Shown in pieces: positions 27,723-35,890 of a stretch of 64,000 nt of DNA. The translations under genes and the position numbers were made by a program. The stretch is from Amylibacter sp. (GTDB lineage: Bacteria > Pseudomonadota > Alphaproteobacteria > Rhodobacterales > Rhodobacteraceae), in assembly GCA_965250955.1 (NCBI GenBank), contig CBDFQE010000001.1, forward strand, positions 506,545 through 570,544. Reading direction: 5' to 3'. Under the pieces are notes generated by a model. That model saw only the letters and a program-made list of their open reading frames with translations. It made no database searches and was not told the DNA's origin. Numbering within the stretch: the first letter of the stretch is position 1; every line of letters starts with the position of its first letter.

Positions 27723-28882
27723 GCTATTCCATTCGCCATGTAGTTTTGAAGATCGCCAGCCGATGCAATTTGAACTGTAGCTATTGCTATTTGTATAATC
27801 ACGAAGATCAAAGTGCGTTGCGCCAGCCGAAACGTATTTCTGATACGGTGTTTCAACAAATTGTGCACCGAATGAAAGAATATTCAGACAAGGAACATAC
27901 GCCTATTGGCCTGACATTTCACGGCGGCGAGCCAATGTTGTTGCAGGCAGAGCGTTTCGCAGAATTGCTGGAATATGCGCGTAACAAACTTGGATCGGCA
28001 CTTGAAAGTGTCAGCATCCAAACAAATGGCACACTGGTAACAGATCGATGGGCCCAAATTCTAAAGGATGGCAATGTCGGCGTAGGCGTAAGTCTTGACG
28101 GCCCACCTGATATTCATGATGCGTCGCGCCCTTTGCATAGCGGGCGTGGTAGCCATGCATTAACTCTTAAAGGCATTCGATTACTGCAAAAGCATGGGGT
28201 TGATCCAAAAATCCTTTGCGTGGTGAACCCTGATACCAGCGGTCTTGATACATACAAACATTTCCGCAATGAGGGCCTGACATTATTTGACTTTTTAATG
28301 CCTGATGTTTCCCATGATAACCGCCAGCTATTTTATGGTGTTGGCCCACATCCTGTTTACGATTTTCTGGCACCCATTTTGGATGCCTGGATTAAAGAAG
28401 ACAATACCAATGTGGTCATCCCGTTATTCTCGGAATTACTTCGGTCACTGATGTCCGGACAACCCGTACGATCTGAATGTTTTGGCAATGCGCCAATGAA
28501 TTATGTGGTGATCAATACTGACGGTACTATCGAGCCTTTGGATGCTTTGAAAGTGTGTTCTGACGGATTAACTGATGCAAATAGAACCGTGTTCAATGAC
28601 AGTTTTTCGGATCTGGGTGACGGTGATGATTTTCTGTCACAATGTTTGACCGGTCGTCATGAACTGCCTTCAAAATGTATGGAATGCGTATGGAAAGACC
28701 TATGCGCAGGTGGTTATCTGCCCCATCGTTACAGCCGTGCCGAAGGTTTTTCTAACCCATCAGTTTGGTGCGCCGACATTCAGCTATTGCTTGTGAAATT
28801 AGCCAATATCATAGAGCCAATGTCGTTGCCTGCCCCCGTACTTGAAGGCTCATACGGAAATATGGTGCCGCAACATGGCTGA
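27683..28882 (+). CDS. Radical SAM/SPASM peptide maturase, FxsB-like
   Basis: CNLNCSYC (CxxxCxxC) near the N-terminus and GGEPML. C-terminal Cys-rich tail CMECVWKDLCAGGYLPHRY...SVWCADI. An alternative GTG start at 27719 overlaps the upstream stop as GTGA. Confidence 0.85.
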   Translation: MGAFGSGIIGEIVSYSIRHVVLKIASRCNLNCSYCYLYNHEDQSALRQPKRISDTVFQQIVHRMKEYSDKEHTPIGLTFHGGEPMLLQAERFAELLEYARNKLGSALESVSIQTNGTLVTDRWAQILKDGNVGVGVSLDGPPDIHDASRPLHSGRGSHALTLKGIRLLQKHGVDPKILCVVNPDTSGLDTYKHFRNEGLTLFDFLMPDVSHDNRQLFYGVGPHPVYDFLAPILDAWIKEDNTNVVIPLFSELLRSLMSGQPVRSECFGNAPMNYVVINTDGTIEPLDALKVCSDGLTDANRTVFNDSFSDLGDGDDFLSQCLTGRHELPSKCMECVWKDLCAGGYLPHRYSRAEGFSNPSVWCADIQLLLVKLANIIEPMSLPAPVLEGSYGNMVPQHG

Positions 28883-29846
28883 AAAATCATCCCTGCCCAC
28901 AGTCATCTTGCTAAATGGAAGAGGTGATTATCTGATGAATCTGCCCGCCTTGCGTGCATTTTCGGCAAAGCTTGACGGCCAGTTCAAGCTAGTTGCAGCA
29001 CCGGATGCCCATCGTATGATACTGCCAGAACTTGATGTAACCGAGGTGATCGAGTTACCGTATACCACCAGTGCTTATGGCAAAGAGTTTGATACGGATT
29101 TATTGTCAGATCAGATCGGGTCAACGCCACTGTTGGTTTCATTGAACCCGTGGCATAGCCTATCCATGCAATCATTTTTGAAGAAAGTGGATGCACAGCA
29201 CAGTATCGGCTTTTTCGAAGATTTCAATGAATGCCTGCCATTGGATTTTTCCAAACATTCAATCGAACTGGCCTTTGACCCGGTTCAGCGTGTTTTTGAA
29301 AATGCTTGCTTGTCTGATTACCTGGAACCGCCAAAATTTCGCCAAGAAGATGAGGATTTGGCCACAGCTATTATTGCAAGTATTGATAGCCATGGCCCCG
29401 TAATCATTGTTCATGGCGACACATTGCCAAACAAGATGTGGGCAAAGGAAAATATGACTGAGCTTATTCAGAAGGTTCTTAATTTCTGGCCAAATTCCGT
29501 TGTATTGGATGTAGGTTTGAAGCCTTGTGCTCAAGAACCTGAAAAAATGCCGGAACGATATATTCACCTAAACCAGATAATATTGCCCGCAGGGTTTGCC
29601 CTTATTAAATATGCAGATCTTTTTTTCGGCATAGATTCTTGTTTTTTGCATGCGGCGGATTTTTTCCGCAAACCTACGGTTGCCCTATTCGGCCCAACCG
29701 ACCCACATGAATTCGGTGTTTTCATGGGTGGTCCGGCACACCACCTAAAAGAACATAAGCTAGATGATATTGCAGTGGATGATGTTTTCAAAGCTGTTAT
29801 ATCGATGATGCCTGATCAATTTCCCAGCCAGGTTGTTGCTGCATGA
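28875..29846 (+). CDS. Glycosyltransferase family 9 (heptosyltransferase-like)
   Basis: ORF track 28842..29846. ATG 28875 (MAEKSSLPTVILLNGRGDYLMNLPALRAF) overlaps the rSAM stop by 8 nt. C-terminal GT9 signature FFGIDSCFLHAADFFRKPTVALFGPTDP. Confidence 0.75.
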   Translation: MAEKSSLPTVILLNGRGDYLMNLPALRAFSAKLDGQFKLVAAPDAHRMILPELDVTEVIELPYTTSAYGKEFDTDLLSDQIGSTPLLVSLNPWHSLSMQSFLKKVDAQHSIGFFEDFNECLPLDFSKHSIELAFDPVQRVFENACLSDYLEPPKFRQEDEDLATAIIASIDSHGPVIIVHGDTLPNKMWAKENMTELIQKVLNFWPNSVVLDVGLKPCAQEPEKMPERYIHLNQIILPAGFALIKYADLFFGIDSCFLHAADFFRKPTVALFGPTDPHEFGVFMGGPAHHLKEHKLDDIAVDDVFKAVISMMPDQFPSQVVAA

Positions 29847-30817
29847 CTTTGATTAAAGACACCATAGGCTTTGGCCTGGGGCAGATTACTCACACCGATA
29901 ACGCCACCGAAATTGCAGCCCATCAGCGGGCTGTAGAAACGGCTCTTGAAAATGGAATAGTTGTATATGACACCGCGCCGAATTATGCAGATGGGGTGGC
30001 AGAAACGATCTTTGGGCAGGCGTTGAAAAATTCAGCGGCTGACGTTAACCGCAAGGATCTGACAATTATTGTCAAAGCAGGATATCCCGCAAAACAAAGT
30101 GCAATTATTCCCTTCAATCTAAAGCTCGCAAAAGATGGCGAAAAGCAAGTTGCCCACCATGTACATTGCTTAAATCCAGAGTTTTTAGTCGCAGAATTTC
30201 AGCAAAGTATTGATCGGATGGGGCTTCAATACGCCGATATCTTCCTTCTCCATAACCCAGAAGAACAACTTGAAGCCTTTGGGCCGGATATCTTTTGCAC
30301 GCGCCTTGTCACAGCCTTTGGAGCTGCAGAAGAATTAAAACGTTCAGGGCAAATCAAAGGCATCGGGATAGCTTGTTCACAAGATATTTTTGATATAGAC
30401 GCATCTGTCTTTCTACATACAGTTTTGCATGCAGCCAATGCTGCAGGCATTACTCTTGATGTTATGCAGGTGCCTTTTAGTCTATCATGCCCCTATGCCC
30501 TTTGGCCCGAGGGCAATACGAAATCTTTGTTGATGGAAGCTGAAAAACTGGATGTTGCAATAATGACAAGCGCATCTTTAGGTAAGATGTTTTTGCCTTT
30601 GCGTACCATAGAAAAGTTGGGTAAAATTTATGGTTTAGAGAGAACGGCACAAGTTGCTTTAGAATTTGCACGCTCTGCGCCTGCAGTTCAGTGTGCGGTT
30701 TTTGGATCAAATTCCGAATCCCATATTCGTGAATTGGCGGAAATAGCCCATAGGGGGAAAACTAGCCGGGTTAGGCATGGCGCGGGCGACAGTTCACACA
30801 GTACCAAACCGAGGTGA
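29843..30817 (+). CDS. Aldo/keto reductase
   Basis: ATGA overlap with GT9. AKR catalytic residues are in context (YDTAPNYADG, IIVKAGY, FLLHNPE). AKR-like C-terminal segment AQVALEFARSAPAVQCAVFGSNSESHIRELAE. The last 25 or so codons may be altered by the adjacent rearrangement. Confidence 0.85.
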   Translation: MTLIKDTIGFGLGQITHTDNATEIAAHQRAVETALENGIVVYDTAPNYADGVAETIFGQALKNSAADVNRKDLTIIVKAGYPAKQSAIIPFNLKLAKDGEKQVAHHVHCLNPEFLVAEFQQSIDRMGLQYADIFLLHNPEEQLEAFGPDIFCTRLVTAFGAAEELKRSGQIKGIGIACSQDIFDIDASVFLHTVLHAANAAGITLDVMQVPFSLSCPYALWPEGNTKSLLMEAEKLDVAIMTSASLGKMFLPLRTIEKLGKIYGLERTAQVALEFARSAPAVQCAVFGSNSESHIRELAEIAHRGKTSRVRHGAGDSSHSTKPR

Positions 30818-30907
30818 TCGGCCCAAAGTTGCAAGAACAACCATCACAAGGAACATTTAAAGAGCCCCTCGGGAGGGTTAAATTTGGGCGCATTGCCAAA
30901 GTTCCAC

Positions 30908-30946
30908 GCTCTAAAGGGGAGCTTAGGGATAGATTAAAGATTTAAG
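30908..30946. repeat. 39-bp direct repeat, copy 1
   Basis: gctctaaaggggagcttagggatagattaaagatttaag, identical to 32561-32599. Confidence 0.95.
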
Positions 30947-30961
30947 GTAAGCGTCCGGCGT

Positions 30962-32162
30962 CTACGTTTCGGGGCTATAATTCCAGGGCATCAGCTCATC
31001 TAGCCTGTTGATTTTGTGATCTGCGATGCGTTCCAGAACCCATGTGAGCCATGCCTGTGGATCGACCTTGTTCAGTTTGGCGGTTTCTATCAGGGTGAAG
31101 GCGATGGCCATGGAATTGCCGCCTCGTTGTGAGCCAGCAAACATCCAGTTTTTACGTCCGATGGCGACGGGCTTCATGGCGCGTTCTGCGGTGTTGTTAT
31201 CCAGCTCCAGAAAGCCGTTGTCGAGGTATGGCCGTGTTTTGGGCATGCGGCCCAGGGCATATCGAATGGCCTTCGCCAGTGGTGATTTGCCGGAAATTTT
31301 GGGAAGTTGTGCGTGCAGCCATTCCTCCAGATCGTCGAAGACGGGTTTTGAATTACCTTGACGTAAAGCCATACGAGCCTCGGGAGATTGGCCCCGCACC
31401 TGTTTTTCTACGCCATACAATTGTGCAATCCGTTTTGGCTTCTTCGGCGATGGCGGACCTTGCGCGGCACATCAACAAACTTGCGCCGAATGTGGGCCAT
31501 ACAGGCGATCCGAGGCTTTGTCTTTACCGAACACATTATTGGCATAACCGTCCGCATGCACCCAATAACCGGATAGATGTTTGACCGGGTGTTGCATCCA
31601 TAAAATGACAAGCGCATCTGACATTAGTCTTTTTGTTATTTTGAGATGTCAATCCATCCTTTTTTGCTATGGCATCCGCCAACGGTTCCAACAGGGCTGT
31701 GGATTTCCCCACCAATCCGCCATGGTCGAGCGGCCCAGATCGACGCCTTCACGGGCATAGATTTGTGATTGGCGGTAAAGCGGCAGATGATCGGCAAACT
31801 TGCTCACCAGAACATGTGCCAACAGACCGGGACCAGGTCTGCCTCGTTCAATCGGGCGCGAGGGCAGCGGGGCTTGTGATATGGCCTAGAGAGTTCACCA
31901 CAAACGGCACAGTTCTTCCGTTGTCTTTATGAATTCAGGGCAATGCACGCTCGTTGTTCGCCTGCAGTTCAGTGTGCGGTTTGTTCAACCTCGGTAGGTT
32001 TTTGGATCGGCAAAGTTGATCCGAATCCCGATACCGCTGCCGGTTTGCCCCGTGCAACTGGTGTTGGAGCTTCTCAATCATCAACGCCTGCGCCTTCACC
32101 TCAGCCGCCAAAAGCTTGGTGACAGCCCAATTCTGCGGGGGGTAGGTTAAAACGTTCAGCAT
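30962..32162 (-). pseudogene. IS66-family transposase TnpC, fragmented
   Basis: Fragments in different frames: LLAAEVKAQALMIEKLQHQLHG (about 32040-32130); PIERGRPGPGLLAHVLVSKFADHLPLYRQSQIYAREGVDLGRSTMADW (about 31730-31870, my translation); [12 protein letters not shown] (ORF 31408..31617); [19 protein letters not shown]...[11 protein letters not shown] (ORF 30962..31420). The zinc-finger region is missing. Confidence 0.85.
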
Positions 32163-32396
32163 GGCCGGGTCCCGAAATGGGAACCTATAGCCTGCATGAT
32201 ATTTGTGCCTGCTGCGGAATGCGACAGCATTCACACACCTTGCCTTCTTTACCAAACCGTTTGGAGGGCCCCCTGTGAATCCCACCAAATCGGCCCTCGA
32301 AAAGAATTGCAAGAACAACCTGTTCGGCCATGCAGCCAAAGTATTAAAAAGGTCACACCCGCAGCCAACCCGCGTGTTGTTTGGCACGGGGATCAC
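32163..32396 (-). pseudogene. IS66 Orf2 (TnpB) remnant
   Basis: Begins MIPVPNNTRV, the typical IS66 TnpB N-terminus, then degenerates through frameshifts. Confidence 0.6.
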
Positions 32397-32560
32397 GAGG
32401 AAAGCCCTTTAAAGACATCAAACCCGCCCCTCGGGGAGGGATTCCGGCCCGTAAGTTTGGGCGATCTCGACTGGCATTTCCAGCATAAAATCCACGGCGG
32501 GAGCATACCGATCATCCTTCAGCCATCATCTTGCGAAAACCGAAAAGTTCACCACTAAGT

Positions 32561-32599
32561 GCTCTAAAGGGGAGCTTAGGGATAGATTAAAGATTTAAG
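32561..32599. repeat. 39-bp direct repeat, copy 2
   Basis: Identical to 30908-30946. Confidence 0.95.
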
Positions 32600-32728
32600 T
32601 CAAGCTGTGCTTTGTCTTTATCGTGAAAATTATCATTTCACGTTCCAGCACTGTCAGTGCGCGCCTCATAAGACGCTATCACCCTACTGCTGGTTGCCTC
32701 AATAATTCGCTTAAACACTGCATGGATA

Positions 32729-34099
32729 TTAACTCACGACACTGAATGTTGATTTGTTATCAATGTATTGGTCAAATACTTTTGCTACCAGGCGTGCCAG
32801 TGCACGTTTGTGTTGCGTTATGGTGAATCCTGTTTTTGAAAATTGAATGAAGCCTTTAAATGCGTTTTGCAGTTGATGCACACCATTATCTAGACATGAT
32901 AAATCAGTGTTAAATTCCCGTTTCAACACTGTGTAATCTACGGCAAAATCGCACATGATCATTTCTATAACGCGTGCAATAATACGATCTTCATATGTGA
33001 TTTCAATTCCTCTGTATGAGGGTAGGCTGCCCGCCTTTATCATAGAGATATAATCTGATGACTTAGCGGCATTTTGCACATATCCGGTTGGATACTTTGA
33101 TATTGAGCTGGCCCCCAGCCCGATCATGGTATCCAGATTATCGGTTGTATAACCTTGGAAATTGCGTCGAATCTGGCCGTTATCTTGGGCAAGTGCCATA
33201 CTGTCTGTTGGCTTCGCAAAGTGATCTATGCCAATAGGTACATATCCTGCGGTCTCCAACCTTGCCCCCATGGCACGAAAAAGACCATATCGGGCCTCAC
33301 CGTCTGGTAGGGCATGCTCATCTATTAGTTGCTGGCGTTTGGCCATCCACGGTACATGGGCATAGCCGAATAGGGCAATACGATCCGGCGATAAATCCAG
33401 TACATTTTGGATAGTATCCAACACGCTGGCCTGAGTTTGATTGGGCAACCCGTAAAGAATATCCATGTTTAAGGACATGACATTTGCATGGCGCAACATG
33501 TCTACGCATTCCTGAGTAACCTCAAGACTTTGCATTCGGCCGATAGCCTTTTGAACACTGACTTCAAAATCCTGCACACCGATGCTGGCACGCTTCATGC
33601 CAGCACCCACAAGCGCATCTATTTTAGCTTGATCAACCAGCGTTGGATCGATTTCCACAGAAAATTCGGCGTCTTTCGTGCGGGGGATTTTCTGTTCCAA
33701 GGCATCTGTAAGGCGGGTTATCAGGTCAGGTGTTAAAATTGTTGGTGTGCCACCGCCCCAATGAATATGGCTGGCTTTGATGCCCTTGGGCAGGTGTTGT
33801 GCAACCAGATCAATCTCGGCGATCACCTTATCCAGATAATTGGCCACGGGGGATGCGGATCTGGTGCCTTGGGTGCGACAGGCGCAAAACCAGCATAGGC
33901 GTTCGCAAAACGGAATATGGATGTAAACCGATACGGGCTTGTCGGCAGGTAGTGCTGAAAGGGCGGCTTTGGTGAAGGCTACACCCACATTATTTGTGAA
34001 TTGCACAGCCGTTGGGTAGCTGGTATAGCGCGGGGCGCGGGCGTTGTAGACGCCTAAGCGTGCCAGTTCAGTGTTCTGTGTCATAAGAACTGATAGCAT
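32729..34099 (-). CDS. hemN: Oxygen-independent coproporphyrinogen III oxidase
   Basis: RYTSYPTA and the radical SAM motif IPFCERLCWFCAC. About 450 aa. Confidence 0.95.
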   Translation of the reverse strand: MLSVLMTQNTELARLGVYNARAPRYTSYPTAVQFTNNVGVAFTKAALSALPADKPVSVYIHIPFCERLCWFCACRTQGTRSASPVANYLDKVIAEIDLVAQHLPKGIKASHIHWGGGTPTILTPDLITRLTDALEQKIPRTKDAEFSVEIDPTLVDQAKIDALVGAGMKRASIGVQDFEVSVQKAIGRMQSLEVTQECVDMLRHANVMSLNMDILYGLPNQTQASVLDTIQNVLDLSPDRIALFGYAHVPWMAKRQQLIDEHALPDGEARYGLFRAMGARLETAGYVPIGIDHFAKPTDSMALAQDNGQIRRNFQGYTTDNLDTMIGLGASSISKYPTGYVQNAAKSSDYISMIKAGSLPSYRGIEITYEDRIIARVIEMIMCDFAVDYTVLKREFNTDLSCLDNGVHQLQNAFKGFIQFSKTGFTITQHKRALARLVAKVFDQYIDNKSTFSVVS

Positions 34100-34116
34100 G
34101 CGACACTTAAACGACC

Positions 34117-34130
34117 TTGATCTAAGTCAA
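34117..34130. promoter_or_regulatory. FNR/FnrL box (TTGAT-N4-GTCAA) in the hemN-fnrL divergent intergenic region
   Basis: ttgatctaagtcaa matches 9 of 10 positions of the TTGAT-N4-ATCAA consensus. Confidence 0.7.
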
Positions 34131-34150
34131 GTTTTTTGGTTTTATAGCCT

Positions 34151-34900
34151 ATGATGATTTCACCACCCGTATTTAACCCTGCAAGTGTTGATTGCAATGA
34201 CTGCCCGATCAAACATCGGGCCGTTTGTGCTTATTGTGAGAAGTCAGAAATGGCGATGCTTGAGATGATGAAATCATACAAGACATATCCTGCGGGCAGT
34301 CCGATTATATTCGCGGGTGATCGTATGAAATTTGTAGGTTCAGTTGTGACGGGGCTGGCCCGCCTTTCACAGACGATGGAAGATGGTCGAAGGCAAATGG
34401 TTGGCCTGTTGCTACCAAGCGATTTTGTTGGCCGACCGGGGCGTTCCTATGCGGTTTTTGATGTGGAAGCGACAACAGATGTGGTTTTGTGCCGCTTTGA
34501 ACGCAAGCCGTTTGAAAAGCTGCTGAAAGACATTCCGCATCTGCGTGAACGCATGCTGGAAATGGCTTTGGATGAGTTGGATTCGGCGCGTGAATGGATG
34601 TTGCTGCTGGGGCGCAAGACTGCGCGTGAAAAAATTGCCAGCCTGCTGATTATTATCGCGCGGCGTCAAAATGCTGTTCAGGGTGAAAAAGATGCCGATG
34701 TTAGCTTTGATTTAAGTCTGACACGTGAAGCGATGTCTGAGTATCTGGGGCTAACGCTGGAAACGGTCAGCCGACAGATAAATGCGCTAAAAAAAGACAA
34801 GATCATAGCACTTGAGAAGAAGCGCCGTGTGGTTGTGAAAGATTTTGCCCGCCTCCTTTCGGAGACGGGCGATGATGAAGACGGCGGTTTTTTAGTCTAG
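34151..34900 (+). CDS. fnrL: Crp/Fnr-family anaerobic regulator FnrL
   Basis: N-terminal Cys cluster (CNDCPIKHRAVCAYC), a cNMP-binding-like domain, and the C-terminal HTH REAMSEYLGLTLETVSRQI. Confidence 0.9.
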   Translation: MMISPPVFNPASVDCNDCPIKHRAVCAYCEKSEMAMLEMMKSYKTYPAGSPIIFAGDRMKFVGSVVTGLARLSQTMEDGRRQMVGLLLPSDFVGRPGRSYAVFDVEATTDVVLCRFERKPFEKLLKDIPHLRERMLEMALDELDSAREWMLLLGRKTAREKIASLLIIIARRQNAVQGEKDADVSFDLSLTREAMSEYLGLTLETVSRQINALKKDKIIALEKKRRVVVKDFARLLSETGDDEDGGFLV

Positions 34901-34919
34901 GGGAAATTAGTTAAAAAAC

Positions 34920-35762
34920 CTAATGTGCCATAAAGACCGGCACCTTACTGTCTTGCAACATATCTCGGGTTGGCCCGCCAAAGAAAAACTCTCGCAGGGG
35001 GGTGTGCCCGTATCCGCCCATAACAATCAAATTAGCGCCCACATCCAAGGCGTGCGAGCGTATGATGTCGGAAATTTTTGAAGATGTTTTGGCGATTATA
35101 TTGACTTCTACTTTTATGCGGTGGCGGGCCAAAAAGGTTGCGATATCACTGGATACTTCCGCCTCTCTGGTGGCGCGTCTGGTATTGGTGATGATCACGA
35201 CATCCACTTGTGATGCTTCGCGCAACAATGGCAATGCCAAGCGCACTGCGCGTAAAGATTGCACACCGCCATCCCAAGCAATAACCGCTTTTGTTTCCCG
35301 GTGCCCCATGTCGTCTGACGGAATAATTAGAATCGGGCAATCGGATGTTAGAAGCGTGCTTTCTGTTATTTTTTCGTCTGTTTCGGTGCGATCCGTTCCA
35401 AACGGGCGTGGAAACACGGCCAAATCACAAAATTTAGCGGTCTGCGACATTAAGTCTGGTAGTTGATCGCGGTTGATCACCGCCACCTCTGTACTGAAGA
35501 ACAGAAGCTCTTCTTTGGCGAACTTTTCGGCTTCGGCAACCAATTTTTCGGCGGTCTCTTTTGCCCTTACACGCTCTTCGGCTTTCAGGTCTTCGGGGAA
35601 GTCTAAATAGGGGTATGCTTGGGTTTGCAGGATGGTGATATAGGCAGGACAGATGATGTGCAGATGGCCGCCTGCGGCTACTGTAAGCGCAATGGCTTTC
35701 TTCAGGGCTGCAACACTGCTGTCTTTGCCGTCCCAGAGGGTTAAGATGGATTTGTATGACAT
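34920..35762 (-). CDS. Universal stress protein (tandem Usp domains)
   Basis: ORF track 34920..35843. Start trimmed to ATG 35762 (MSYKSILTLWDG) so that the FNR box stays intergenic. C-terminal LIVMGGYGHTPLREFFFGGPTRDML. Confidence 0.85.
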   Translation of the reverse strand: MSYKSILTLWDGKDSSVAALKKAIALTVAAGGHLHIICPAYITILQTQAYPYLDFPEDLKAEERVRAKETAEKLVAEAEKFAKEELLFFSTEVAVINRDQLPDLMSQTAKFCDLAVFPRPFGTDRTETDEKITESTLLTSDCPILIIPSDDMGHRETKAVIAWDGGVQSLRAVRLALPLLREASQVDVVIITNTRRATREAEVSSDIATFLARHRIKVEVNIIAKTSSKISDIIRSHALDVGANLIVMGGYGHTPLREFFFGGPTRDMLQDSKVPVFMAH

Positions 35763-35816
35763 GGATAACGCCTGTCTTTGTTTCACCTCTTTATAAGCGG
35801 TGGTTTTTATGAAACA

Positions 35817-35830
35817 TTGATGCAGATCAA
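35817..35830. promoter_or_regulatory. Perfect FNR/FnrL box upstream of ccoN (shared with divergent usp)
   Basis: ttgatgcagatcaa equals TTGAT-N4-ATCAA. It lies 61 nt upstream of the ccoN ATG. Confidence 0.85.
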
Positions 35831-35890
35831 AGATCATAGCCAATAATCTGATGCATTAAGTGCCAGAACAGGACAACAAAAGGGCGGACT

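Larger units (their letters stand above)
30947..32560 (-). mobile_element. Decayed IS66-family element (tnpA/tnpB/tnpC remnants with frameshifts and internal deletions)
   Basis: The outer end at 30947 starts GTAAGCG, the typical IS66 terminal repeat start. Minus-strand fragments carry IS66 transposase hallmarks (see the pseudogene entries). No matching second terminal repeat was recognised. Confidence 0.8.

Noticed and set aside
31026-32558. Several plus-strand ORFs of 60-150 aa inside the IS66 region (31026..31361, 31129..31584, 31669..31932, 32196..32558).
   Set aside because: They lie antisense to, or out of frame with, recognisable IS66 transposase fragments. They have no motifs of their own.
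30908-32599. The 39-bp direct repeats as IS66 target-site duplication or as attL/attR of an integrated element.
   Set aside because: IS66-family duplications are about 8 bp, and the repeats are part of longer patchy colinear similarity. No integrase or tRNA is nearby. A duplication or recombination scar fits better.
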